A DNA stretch of 64,000 nt from Verrucomicrobiota bacterium. Lineage in GTDB: Bacteria; Verrucomicrobiota; Verrucomicrobiia; Opitutales; Opitutaceae. A model generated the notes under the pieces. The model was not told the DNA's origin and made no database searches. It saw nothing but the letters and a program-made list of their open reading frames with translations. Positions 1 through 8,313 of the stretch are shown piece by piece. Position numbers and translations under genes: made by a program. The stretch covers positions 9,445 through 73,444 of the forward strand of contig JAFEGO010000055.1 of the NCBI GenBank assembly GCA_018239845.1. The letters are read 5' to 3'. The number at the start of each line of letters is the position of its first letter. The first letter of the stretch is position 1.

Positions 1-297
1 CTGCCCGCGCTCCAAGTCAGTGATCCGATCGATCACCTTTGTATCCACCACGACCGTGGATCCGACAATCAAGTCTGGAACGAATTCTCCGATCGGAACC
101 TGCTTGTACCGGACCTCATATCGGCGCTGCTGCTCAAACGGCAGACCCCTCAATCCAAACTCCACTACCAGTGCATTCTCATAGGGCTTCTCATGCAAGC
201 CATGACCGACCTCGTTAAGCACTTCGAAGGCGCACCCGATAATCGCATGGGTCCGCTCGCCCTCCGGCAGATTGAATCCGTGTTTATCTGTGTCCAT
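1..297 (-). CDS. GxxExxY-family (PD-(D/E)XK-like) protein, C-terminus runs off the left edge
   Basis: Absent from the ORF track because it is open at the window edge. Minus-strand ATG at 295-297, then MDTDKHGFNLPEGERTHAIIGCAFEVLNEVGHGLHEKPYENALVVEFGLRGLPFEQQRRYEVRYKQVPIGEFVPDLIV... The GHGLHEKPYENAL stretch matches the GxxExxY signature. G+C is visibly lower than in neighbouring genes. Confidence 0.75.
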   Translation of the reverse strand, partial: MDTDKHGFNLPEGERTHAIIGCAFEVLNEVGHGLHEKPYENALVVEFGLRGLPFEQQRRYEVRYKQVPIGEFVPDLIVGSTVVVDTKVIDRITDLERGQ

Positions 298-316
298 CCG
301 TGGTTAAAAACGAAAC

Positions 317-1258
317 TCAGTAGCTCTCGGTGGCTTCGGTGAAATAATACGGGGCCTGGTAGGCGCCGGTCTTTTCCTTTTCGAGCTGGCGGAGCACGTC
401 GTTGAGCAGGGAGCTCGCGCCGAAGCGGTAGCGGGCGTTGGTGAGCCAGGCGTCGCCGAGCGTCTCCTTCACGGCGATGAGGAACTGCAGCGCCTGCTTC
501 GCGGTGCGGATGCCGCCGGCGGGCTTCATCGCGATGGCGATGCCGGTATCGAGGTAGTAGTCGCGGATGGCCTCGATCATCACCTGGTTGTTGCCGAGCG
601 TGGCGTTGAGGGAGGTCTTGCCCGTGCTTGTCTTGATGAAGTCGTTTTCGCGGATCACGCGCATCGCGAGGAAGGAGGCGGCGCGGATGTTGTCGTAGGT
701 CTCCAGTTCGCTGACCTCGAGGATGACCTTGAGCGTGGCGTCGCCGCACGCGGTGACGACCGCGGCGATCTCGTCCTGCACCTCGGCAAACTCACCCGCA
801 AGAAACGCCCCGCGGTTGATCACCATGTCGATCTCGTCGGCGCCGTCGGCCACCGCGGCCTTCACCTCGGCAAGGCGGGTCTTCAACGGGGCCTGCCCGC
901 TGGGGAACGCCGTCGCCACCGACGCGATGCGCACACCGGTGTCGTGCCCGAGGGCCTTGCGCGCGTGGCGCACCATCGAGGGATAGACGCACACGGCGGC
1001 GACCTGCGGCACATCGAGGCCGTCGTGCGGATGCAGCGCCTTCTGGCAAAGCGAGGCGACCTTGCCGGGCGTGTCCTTGCCCTCGAGGGTCGTGAGATCG
1101 ATCATCGACGCGGCGAGCTTGAGGCCCTGCACCTTGGCGGCCTTCTTGATCGAGCGTGTGGTGTATTTCGCGACGCGCTCCTCGACACCCACGCTGTCCA
1201 CTGTGCCGACCTCGTCGAACAGCCGCGCAAAAGCAGCTTGGGAAGATTTGCCTGACAT
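317..1258 (-). CDS. deoC: deoxyribose-phosphate aldolase (long form)
   Basis: 313-aa ORF with a DeoC-like TIM-barrel sequence (IDLTTLEG..., DEIDMVINRGAF..., FIKTSTGK with the Schiff-base Lys context). ATG at 1256-1258. Confidence 0.9.
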   Translation of the reverse strand: MSGKSSQAAFARLFDEVGTVDSVGVEERVAKYTTRSIKKAAKVQGLKLAASMIDLTTLEGKDTPGKVASLCQKALHPHDGLDVPQVAAVCVYPSMVRHARKALGHDTGVRIASVATAFPSGQAPLKTRLAEVKAAVADGADEIDMVINRGAFLAGEFAEVQDEIAAVVTACGDATLKVILEVSELETYDNIRAASFLAMRVIRENDFIKTSTGKTSLNATLGNNQVMIEAIRDYYLDTGIAIAMKPAGGIRTAKQALQFLIAVKETLGDAWLTNARYRFGASSLLNDVLRQLEKEKTGAYQAPYYFTEATESY

Positions 1259-1377
1259 CCCGCGACTATCGGCCTGCGCACCGCTGAAAACAAACGAAAA
1301 CTAGCCAGCCATCCCTGCCCGCGCACCGCTCATCCCACGCCGCTGGCCCGCCCGCCGCGGCGCGATAGGCTCCGGGC

Positions 1378-2076
1378 ATGAACCTGCGTCCCCTCCTGCA
1401 CTCCCTCTGGAAGAACTGGATCCGTCCCCTCGCCCTGCCCTTCCTCTGCATCGCCGCGGCCAAGTCCGCGGTGGCCGACATCAACTACGTGCCCACCGGC
1501 TCCATGCAGCCGACCATCCTGTGCGGCGACGTGGTGTTCATCAACAAGCTCGCCTATGACCTGCGCGTACCCTTCACCACCGCCCGCCTCGCCCGCTGGG
1601 CCGAGCCCGCGCGCGGCGACGTCGTCGTGTGCTTCGCGCCCGATGACGGCACCCGCCTCGTGAAGCGCGTGATCGGCCAGCCCGGCGACACCATCGAGCT
1701 CCGCCGCGAGATCCTCTACGTCAACGGCACGCCCGCGCCCTACGCTCCGCTCGCGACCGACGCCCGCGGCGTGCGCGACCTCGAGCCCACCGAGCGCGAT
1801 GCGGCGCTCTTCGCCCGCGAAACCCTCGGCGCGCACAGCCACGCCGTGATGGCGCTGCCCGGCCGCCCCGCGCTCCGGAGCTTCGGCCCGGTGCGCGTAC
1901 CCGAGGGCCACTACTTCATGATGGGCGACAACCGCGACAACAGCCGGGACTCGCGCTTCTTCGGCTTCATGCCCCGCACGGAAATCATCGGCGAAGCCAA
2001 GGCCGTCGTCGTCTCCGGCGATCTCAACCACTGGCTGCGTCCGCGCTTCAACCGGTTCTTCACCGGACTGGAGTAA
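1378..2076 (+). CDS. lepB: signal peptidase I
   Basis: N-terminal TM segment, catalytic Ser box PTGSMQPT, KRVIGQPGD and the GDNRDNSRDSR box. Confidence 0.92.
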   Translation: MNLRPLLHSLWKNWIRPLALPFLCIAAAKSAVADINYVPTGSMQPTILCGDVVFINKLAYDLRVPFTTARLARWAEPARGDVVVCFAPDDGTRLVKRVIGQPGDTIELRREILYVNGTPAPYAPLATDARGVRDLEPTERDAALFARETLGAHSHAVMALPGRPALRSFGPVRVPEGHYFMMGDNRDNSRDSRFFGFMPRTEIIGEAKAVVVSGDLNHWLRPRFNRFFTGLE

Positions 2077-2096
2077 AGTGACGCGCATGGATCGAA

Positions 2097-2172
2097 GTAG
2101 GGCAGGTCTTTGACCTGCCCTTGGCGCCCGTCCGTTTTCGACGTCAAAGGGCGGGTCAAAGACCCGCCCTAC
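2097..2172. repeat. REPIN-like element: two inverted GTAG-headed hairpin units (GTAGGGCRGGTCTTTGACCYGCCC)
   Basis: Left unit 2097-2120 is GTAGGGCAGGTCTTTGACCTGCCC. The right unit 2149-2172 is the reverse complement of GTAGGGCGGGTCTTTGACCCGCCC. Each unit is itself a 9-bp-stem hairpin. Lies between lepB and the thioesterase gene. Confidence 0.7.
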
Positions 2173-2217
2173 TTTCTTTTTCATGGCGCGGCTGCGCATT
2201 GCGCGTAGTATTTCCTC

Positions 2218-2613
2218 ATGCCTGCCGCGCCTGAAAATCCCGCCGCGCCCACCGGCGAAGTCGTCATCCGCACGATCGCCATGCCCGCCGACGCCAACGG
2301 CAACGGCGACATCTTCGGCGGCTGGCTCGTCTCGCAGATGGACCTCGGCGGCGCCATCCTCGCGCGCAACACCGCGCGCAGCCGCGTCACCACCGTCGCC
2401 ATCGACGGCATGGCCTTCCTGCACCCCGTCGCCGTGGGCGACACGATCTCCTGCCATGCCGCGGTTGCGTCAATCGGCCGCACGTCGATGAAGATCGATA
2501 TCGAGGTCTGGGTGCAGCGCTTCACAAACAACACAGCGCAGCGCGTCACCAAGGGTTGTTTCACCTACGTCGCCATCGACGACGCAGGCCGGCCCCATCC
2601 CGTCAAACGCTGA
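2218..2613 (+). CDS. acyl-CoA thioesterase, YciA-like hotdog fold
   Basis: 131 aa. MPADANGNGDIFGGWLVSQMDLGG...VTTVAIDGMAFLHPVAVGD is typical of the YciA/Acot-type 4HBT thioesterases. Confidence 0.85.
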   Translation: MPAAPENPAAPTGEVVIRTIAMPADANGNGDIFGGWLVSQMDLGGAILARNTARSRVTTVAIDGMAFLHPVAVGDTISCHAAVASIGRTSMKIDIEVWVQRFTNNTAQRVTKGCFTYVAIDDAGRPHPVKR

Positions 2614-2623
2614 TCCCTTTCCC

Positions 2624-3094
2624 ATGCGCCGCCTCGTCCTTTGCTTCGCCCTCCTCTGCCTGCCGTTGCTGGCGGCACACGCCATGTCCGTCGAGGAGGA
2701 GGTGCGCGCCGCCGATACCGCGCGCGTGCTCGCGACGGTCCGCGGTGACACCACCCGCGTGGCCTCGCTGCTGTCCGCCCAGCTCCACTATGGCCATACC
2801 GACGGCCGCGTGCAGACGAAGGACCAGTTCATCGCCGCCATCCGCGGCAGCCAGATGAGGTACGAGGCCTACGATTACACCGAGCGCGTGATCACGCCCG
2901 TGGGCAACGACGTCGCCGTCATGAACGGACGCGCCAAGCTCCGCGTGAACACCGGCGAGAAGCGCCTCGAGTTTTCCGTGCAGTTCCTCGCCGTGTGGAA
3001 AAAGGAGGGCGACGCCTGGCGGCTGCTGGCCTACCAGTCCGCGCAACTGCCGCCGCCCGCGAATCCGACGGTGACTGTGCCGACGACGAGGTAA
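2624..3094 (+). CDS. secreted SnoaL/NTF2-like (DUF4440-like) protein
   Basis: Signal peptide MRRLVLCFALLCLPLLAAHA. The core pattern (LHYGHTDGRVQTKDQFI...FLAVWKKEGDAWRLLAYQS) resembles the DUF4440/NTF2-like fold. Confidence 0.65.
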   Translation: MRRLVLCFALLCLPLLAAHAMSVEEEVRAADTARVLATVRGDTTRVASLLSAQLHYGHTDGRVQTKDQFIAAIRGSQMRYEAYDYTERVITPVGNDVAVMNGRAKLRVNTGEKRLEFSVQFLAVWKKEGDAWRLLAYQSAQLPPPANPTVTVPTTR

Positions 3095-3209
3095 CGCAGG
3101 CGCAGATGCTGGCGGACGAAGGCGTGACCCGATCAGGCGCGGTGCGCCCTGGCGGCCAAGGCCACGGTACGGGCCGGGGCCGGACGTCCGCACCACCGCG
3201 CTTCACCGC

Positions 3210-3476
3210 TCAGCGACTCGACTTTTTCTTCGAGCTGCCGCCGCCGTTGCCGCCACCACCGCCGCTGCCGGCGGTGAGGATCGTGCCGGCGAGCACGCCG
3301 ATCACGAACATCCCGAAGAAGATCATCGCCGCGGAGGCGTGGATCGGGGCCTTCGCCGTCGTGCCGGCGATCGGGAAGAAGAAATCGATCTCGTGCACGT
3401 TGTTCATGCCCACGTAGAGGGCCATGAAGAGGATCAGGACGAAGCAAATGGAACGGAGGATGGCGGAGAAGCTCAT
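3210..3476 (-). CDS. small two-TM membrane protein (LapA/DUF1049-like) with Gly-rich, Lys-rich tail
   Basis: 88 aa with two hydrophobic helices and a C-terminal GSGGGGGNGGGSSKKKSSR tail. ATG at 3474-3476. Coding-like codon usage. Confidence 0.55.
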   Translation of the reverse strand: MSFSAILRSICFVLILFMALYVGMNNVHEIDFFFPIAGTTAKAPIHASAAMIFFGMFVIGVLAGTILTAGSGGGGGNGGGSSKKKSSR

Positions 3477-3554
3477 GGTGAAAGGGAAATAGAGGGGGAC
3501 ACCCGAGAGCTACCGGCCCCCGCCTGACCCGGCAAATGGAAAACGGCCCGCCGT

Positions 3555-4403
3555 TTAGGCGGCGTTTTTCTTCCGCCCCCACACCCGCGACCGCAGCTCG
3601 CGCGGCGACACGCCGAACAGCTCCCGCACCCAGCGCGAAAAATGAAACGGCGTCTGAAACCCGCAGCGAAACGCCACCTCGCCCACCGTCAGGCCGGTCT
3701 CGCGCAGGAGCTGCGCGCCGCGGCGCGTGCGCGTTTCCCACACGTGGCGGATCGGGGTCGTGCCGAGGTGCTGGCGGAAAAGCTTCACCAGCTGCGCGGG
3801 TGACACGCCCGACGCCTTGGCCAGCGCGGGCAGGTCCACCGCCGTGTGGCCTTGCTGGCCGATCCACTCCAGCGCGCGGCGCAGCGCATCCGGCTCGGCC
3901 GCGCCGCCACGACCCTCCACTCCGGCGAACAAAAACGCCTGCAAGGTCGCGAGCCCCAGCGATTCCACGAGGGCGTGCGCCCGCGGCTGGTCCGCGCGCT
4001 GCGGGATCGAGAGGCCCAGCTCCATCAGCTGCTCGAAGCGGCGCGTCACCGGCTGCACCGGCTCCGCCCGGCGGCACACCTCCGCCAGCGCCGCATCGAC
4101 CAGCGACGGATGCACGGAGCACCACGTGTGGTGCGCGCGCGCCTCCGGCGGAAATTTGAAAAACTCCATCCGACCCGGCAGAAACAGCCCCGCCTCGCCC
4201 TCCGCGAGCTTCACCGTCCGCCCCTCGACGTCGGCCGTCACCGAGCCCTGCACCATCACCACGATCTGGTAGTCCGCCTGCACGCGCGGCCCGCAGCTGC
4301 CGCCGGGCGCGTAGATCACGTCGCCGAAAAATACCCGGGAGTTGCCCGCCGTGCGAAGCGTTTTGGATATATTTTTGAGAGCCGGATGGCTGGCCTTGGG
4401 CAT
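3555..4403 (-). CDS. AraC family transcriptional regulator (cupin + HTH)
   Basis: C-terminal AraC HTH (LAKASGVSPAQLVKLFRQHLGTTPIRHVWETRTRRGAQLLRETGLTVGEVAFRCGFQTPFHFSRWVRELFGVSP). Divergent from the PhyH gene. Confidence 0.88.
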   Translation of the reverse strand: MPKASHPALKNISKTLRTAGNSRVFFGDVIYAPGGSCGPRVQADYQIVVMVQGSVTADVEGRTVKLAEGEAGLFLPGRMEFFKFPPEARAHHTWCSVHPSLVDAALAEVCRRAEPVQPVTRRFEQLMELGLSIPQRADQPRAHALVESLGLATLQAFLFAGVEGRGGAAEPDALRRALEWIGQQGHTAVDLPALAKASGVSPAQLVKLFRQHLGTTPIRHVWETRTRRGAQLLRETGLTVGEVAFRCGFQTPFHFSRWVRELFGVSPRELRSRVWGRKKNAA

Positions 4404-4405
4404 GG

Positions 4406-4427
4406 AGATATGTTAATAGATATATCT
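4406..4427. promoter_or_regulatory. AT-rich inverted repeat AGATAT-N10-ATATCT in the 29-bp gap between divergent start codons
   Basis: Sequence is ggAGATATgttaatagatATATCTacgcc. It is the only AT-rich island in this stretch and lies between the ATG of AraC (4403, minus) and the ATG of PhyH (4433, plus). Confidence 0.3.
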
Positions 4428-4432
4428 ACGCC

Positions 4433-5464
4433 ATGAGCACCGCAAGCCCCGAGACCGCCCCCGCCCCGATCCGCCAGCTCGTCACCGTCACCGGTGGCCA
4501 CGCCGGCACACGCCGCAGCACCTTCCCCAAGGTGCGCCCGCCGGGCTACTTTTCGCCCGACGCCGACCCGGCTGCGGTGAAGGCTTTCTTCGACGCCAAC
4601 GGCTACCTCGTGCTCGAGGACGCCTTCAGCCCCGCCGAGATCGAGGCGCTGAAAAACGAGACCACGCTCATCTGCCGCGGCGACCGCGGCGAGCTGCCCG
4701 ACCACCCGAAGGCCGATCCCGCCGAGCCCGACGACTCGGTGCTGAACCGTTTCCTCTGCATCCATTTTCCGCACAAGTGCTCCGAGGTGATGCTCGCCGC
4801 CGTGCACAACAAGCCCACGGTGAACACCCTCACCAACGTCATCGGGCCCAACGTGAAGTTCATGCAGTCGATGCTCTTCATCAAGTCCTCCGGCAAGCCC
4901 GGCCAGGCCTGGCACCAGGACGAGGACTACATCCCCACGCGCGACCGCTCGCTGCTCGGCTCGTGGATCGCGCTCGACCGCGCCACCATCGACAACGGCT
5001 GCCTCTGGGTCATGCCCGGCTCGCACAAGCCCGGCATCCTCTGGGAGCAGCGCTGGCACGGCGACCGCCGCTTCGACTGCGCCGAGCAGTCCGTCGGCTT
5101 CCCCTACCGCGACGAGGAGGCCGTGCCCGTCGAGGTCGAGGCTGGCAGTGTCGTATTTTTCAACGGATACCTGTTGCACCGCTCGCTCCCCAACCGCGCG
5201 CCCGCCGGCACCTACCGCCGCTCGCTGGTGAACCATTACATGAGCTGCGAGTCGCACCTCCCGTGGGGCAAGCCGCCCGAGGGCTCGCACGTCGCCCAGT
5301 ACGATTTTCGCGACATCATCATCGTCGCCGGCCGGGACCCCTACGCCTACAAGGGCTACACCGACGTGCAGCGCCCGACGGTCCGCCCCAGCGGCCAGGG
5401 CGGCTGCGACAAGTGGGGCGGCCACAAGTACAAGGACGAGCTCCAGTCCGAGACCGGCGGCTGA
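4433..5464 (+). CDS. phytanoyl-CoA dioxygenase (PhyH) family Fe(II)/2-oxoglutarate oxygenase
   Basis: FDANGYLVLEDAFSPAEIEALK..., GQAWHQDEDY (His-x-Asp facial triad context), ...FFNGYLLHRSLPN. Confidence 0.87.
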   Translation: MSTASPETAPAPIRQLVTVTGGHAGTRRSTFPKVRPPGYFSPDADPAAVKAFFDANGYLVLEDAFSPAEIEALKNETTLICRGDRGELPDHPKADPAEPDDSVLNRFLCIHFPHKCSEVMLAAVHNKPTVNTLTNVIGPNVKFMQSMLFIKSSGKPGQAWHQDEDYIPTRDRSLLGSWIALDRATIDNGCLWVMPGSHKPGILWEQRWHGDRRFDCAEQSVGFPYRDEEAVPVEVEAGSVVFFNGYLLHRSLPNRAPAGTYRRSLVNHYMSCESHLPWGKPPEGSHVAQYDFRDIIIVAGRDPYAYKGYTDVQRPTVRPSGQGGCDKWGGHKYKDELQSETGG

Positions 5465-5723
5465 GCCGGCCGGCGGGACGGTTTTCGGAAAAATCAAGCG
5501 CGCTGATGTCGAGGAATCGCGGATCAGTGCGGATCGACGCGGATGGCGACGGCACCGCCCCGGAGAATTGTCCGATTGTGTTCGATTGTGTTCGATTCGG
5601 TGTTTGGGCGACCCCGCGCCGGATGATGTATTTTCAGCGCGCGGACCTTAAAACAGCGTCGCGCCGGCGCGTCCGCCCGTAATGCTGGCGGGACCCCTCG
5701 CGGCCTTCCGCCGTGCCCGCCCC

Positions 5724-7490
5724 ATGAAAAACACCCGCCGCGATTTCCTCCGCGTCTCCGCCCTCGGCGTCACCGCCGCCGCGATCCTTCCCCGTAACCT
5801 TACAGCCGATACGGGCAAGCCTGCCGCCCCAGCCGCCGCGCCTACTCCGCGCGAGGCGATCACGGCGCGGCACCGGAATCTCTTCAACGGCGACACCTGC
5901 GTCTATTTCTACAACCCCGAGCGCTGGCAGCCGGAGGGCGGACCGTTCTCGGCGCGCGCGATCCACCGCTACGTCGAGGAGCTGGCGACGAACGGCGTCG
6001 ATACCTTCATCATCAACGCCAACGCTTCCAAGGCGTGGTACCCGAGCAAGGTCATCCCCACGATCCTCGACGGCTACCGGCGCGGCGACCGGGAGTTTTT
6101 CCGCGGCCACGCCGTGTGCGGCGGCTTCACCAAGCCCGACGAGGTGGAGCAGTACATGGATCGCGCCGTGCTCTTCTTCAACCAGTACCTCGACCTCACC
6201 GAGGCCGGGGTGGACTGGCTCGCGGAGACGACCAAGGCCTGCCGCCAGCGTGGCGTCGCACCGTGGGTCAGCGTGCGCATGAACGACCTGCACGGGCACC
6301 GCAATTTCCAAGGCAGCTTCTTCAACCATCCGCTGCTCAAGGATCCCGCGATGCGCCTCAAGCGCAGCACCTATCCCTCGATGGCGGGCGACTGGACCTA
6401 CCGCGAGGGGCTCAACTACGAGCTGCCGGAAGTGCGCGCCATGATGTTCGCCCAGATCAAGGAAGTCGTGGAGGACTACGACTACGAGGGCCTCGAACTC
6501 GACTGGTGGCGCCAGCCGCTCTGCTGCGAGCCCCACGCCTCCGCCGCGACCATCGCGATGATGAGCGACTGGTTTCGCTCGATCCGCGCGCTCACCCAGC
6601 GCCGCGCGGAAAAGACCGGCCGGCCCTTCTGGTTCGGCATGCGCATCCCCGGCCGGCTCGAAACCCTGAAGACCATCGGCATCGACATCGCCGCGCTCTG
6701 CCACGACGGCACGCTCGACTTCGTGAATCCCTCCGGCTTCTGGCGCACCGCGTGGGAAATGCCGCACGACGAACTCCGCCGCGACCTCGGCCCGCGCCCG
6801 GCGATCTACGGCGTCATCGAGGACGGTGCCAACGCGCTACCCACGCTCGGACCGGCGGCCAAGGTCGCGCGCGAGATCCGCTTCATGTCCGCCAGCCGCG
6901 AACTCCTCTACGGCAACGCCGCGGGCAAGCTTGCCCTCGGCGCCGACGGCATCGAGTGGTTCAACCTCTACTGCACCGACCAGTCCCGCCTGCCGGGCCT
7001 CACCACCGATTATACGATGCTGCGCGACGCGCATCGCCTCGACTTCCTGCGCGGCCGCGAAAAGCACTACGCCTTTTCCGACAAGAGCTACGGCGGCGGC
7101 CTCTCGCTCCCGCCCTTCGAGCTGCCGCCGCCCCTGCCCGTCATCCTCGAATCGCACTGGCGCCAGGCCGTGCGCCTCCCGATGTGTGCGGAGCCCGCGG
7201 GCAAGGGCCTGCGCCTCCTCGTGCAGGTCGTCGTGAAAAAATCCGACCCCGTTGGCGAACTCCCCGTGTCGTTCAACGGCAGCTGGCCCAATGCCACCCG
7301 CACCGCGACCGACCGCCTGCTCTTCCCCTGCGGCTCGCTCACGCACCACGCCGCCGCGCACACGGCCTACAACTACGAATTCCCCCTCGCCCTCATCCGC
7401 GAGGGTTGGAACGAGATCGAACTCTACAACGGCGCCAGCGGCACCATCACCGTCGTCGCCGTCGAGCTGGCGGTGAAGACTGCGACGTGA
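5724..7490 (+). CDS. TAT-secreted protein, putative glycoside-hydrolase-like TIM barrel (function uncertain)
   Basis: Twin-arginine signal MKNTRRDFLRVSALGVTAAA at the internal ATG 5724 (ORF opens at 5682). Body has motifs such as VDTFIINAN, WVSVRMNDLHG and YEGLELDWWR, reminiscent of GH-like (GHL10-type) barrels. Confidence 0.7.
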   Translation: MKNTRRDFLRVSALGVTAAAILPRNLTADTGKPAAPAAAPTPREAITARHRNLFNGDTCVYFYNPERWQPEGGPFSARAIHRYVEELATNGVDTFIINANASKAWYPSKVIPTILDGYRRGDREFFRGHAVCGGFTKPDEVEQYMDRAVLFFNQYLDLTEAGVDWLAETTKACRQRGVAPWVSVRMNDLHGHRNFQGSFFNHPLLKDPAMRLKRSTYPSMAGDWTYREGLNYELPEVRAMMFAQIKEVVEDYDYEGLELDWWRQPLCCEPHASAATIAMMSDWFRSIRALTQRRAEKTGRPFWFGMRIPGRLETLKTIGIDIAALCHDGTLDFVNPSGFWRTAWEMPHDELRRDLGPRPAIYGVIEDGANALPTLGPAAKVAREIRFMSASRELLYGNAAGKLALGADGIEWFNLYCTDQSRLPGLTTDYTMLRDAHRLDFLRGREKHYAFSDKSYGGGLSLPPFELPPPLPVILESHWRQAVRLPMCAEPAGKGLRLLVQVVVKKSDPVGELPVSFNGSWPNATRTATDRLLFPCGSLTHHAAAHTAYNYEFPLALIREGWNEIELYNGASGTITVVAVELAVKTAT

Positions 7491-7503
7491 TTCTGTTGGC
7501 CAA

Positions 7504-8289
7504 ATGAACCGCTCCATGAAGGCGCGCCACCTGTTCATTCCCTTCACCATGGCCTTGGCCGGATGCCTATCTGCACCTTGCCGCGGCAATCCCATTGTCG
7601 TCGAAAACGATGTTAACGACAATGGCGCCACCCGGCGGAGAGATCGCGAGATTCAAATGACCCACGAGGAGGTCATCCTGCGCATTGCGCCGGATTCCAC
7701 CGCCGTTTCCGGCGATTACACCTTCAATCAACCCGGCACGGTTTTTTCGAAAAGGCACAACGACGCTTTTCATATCCTGCTCCCGGTGTACGTCGCGGAT
7801 TACCCTGATCGTGACCGGAGCTTTGCCGGAGCGAAACGGATCTACGCACCCAAGCTCACCATCGAAGGAAAAACCTATGAACCGACCTCGACGATTCACG
7901 GGCCGCCACTGGATCTTTCAGCTTTTTCAGACGCCGGGGTTATATTTGTGACCTTTGAGTTCGAGGTTCCCTGCGCTGGAATTCCAAATATATTCCAAGT
8001 GCACGCATCCTACACCCAGCCTCACATGGTGGTGGGAGATCGCAGCTACGCCTGCTACTGTCCGTTTCGCCCAGCCGCTTTACACCCTCTTAAAAAGCCA
8101 GTGAACGATGATCAGTTTACCCTGCGGGCCATTGCCCAGTCGGGGTTGCGGGTTCAGCGTATCAGCGAAAACAAAAAGCCAGTCAGCGATGCTCCGGAGG
8201 CCGTTACTGTCCGGTGCCTTGATCAAGAGCACATCCTGCTAAGGGTCGAAAAAGACCGGCCGGCTTCTCAGCCGGTCCGGTCGCAATGA
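7504..8289 (+). CDS. hypothetical lipoprotein in a lower-G+C patch
   Basis: Lipobox ...FTMALAGC. 261-aa ORF with G+C visibly lower than both flanks. I cannot make a confident family assignment. Confidence 0.6.
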   Translation: MNRSMKARHLFIPFTMALAGCLSAPCRGNPIVVENDVNDNGATRRRDREIQMTHEEVILRIAPDSTAVSGDYTFNQPGTVFSKRHNDAFHILLPVYVADYPDRDRSFAGAKRIYAPKLTIEGKTYEPTSTIHGPPLDLSAFSDAGVIFVTFEFEVPCAGIPNIFQVHASYTQPHMVVGDRSYACYCPFRPAALHPLKKPVNDDQFTLRAIAQSGLRVQRISENKKPVSDAPEAVTVRCLDQEHILLRVEKDRPASQPVRSQ

Positions 8290-8313
8290 GCCCGATCCTG
8301 CGCGGACGCTTCC

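Noticed and set aside
5573-5602. tRNA-like TPsiC-arm look-alike (GTTCGATT) in the direct repeats
   Set aside because: No acceptor, D or anticodon stems can be drawn around it. It is simply part of a 10-bp tandem repeat.
1330-6767. Antisense ORFs of 375 aa (1330-2457), 330 aa (3133-4125), 393 aa (4316-5497) and 377 aa (5634-6767)
   Set aside because: Each lies opposite a gene with strong family motifs (lepB, AraC, PhyH, TAT protein). Compositions are Arg/Gly/Ala-biased with no recognisable domains.
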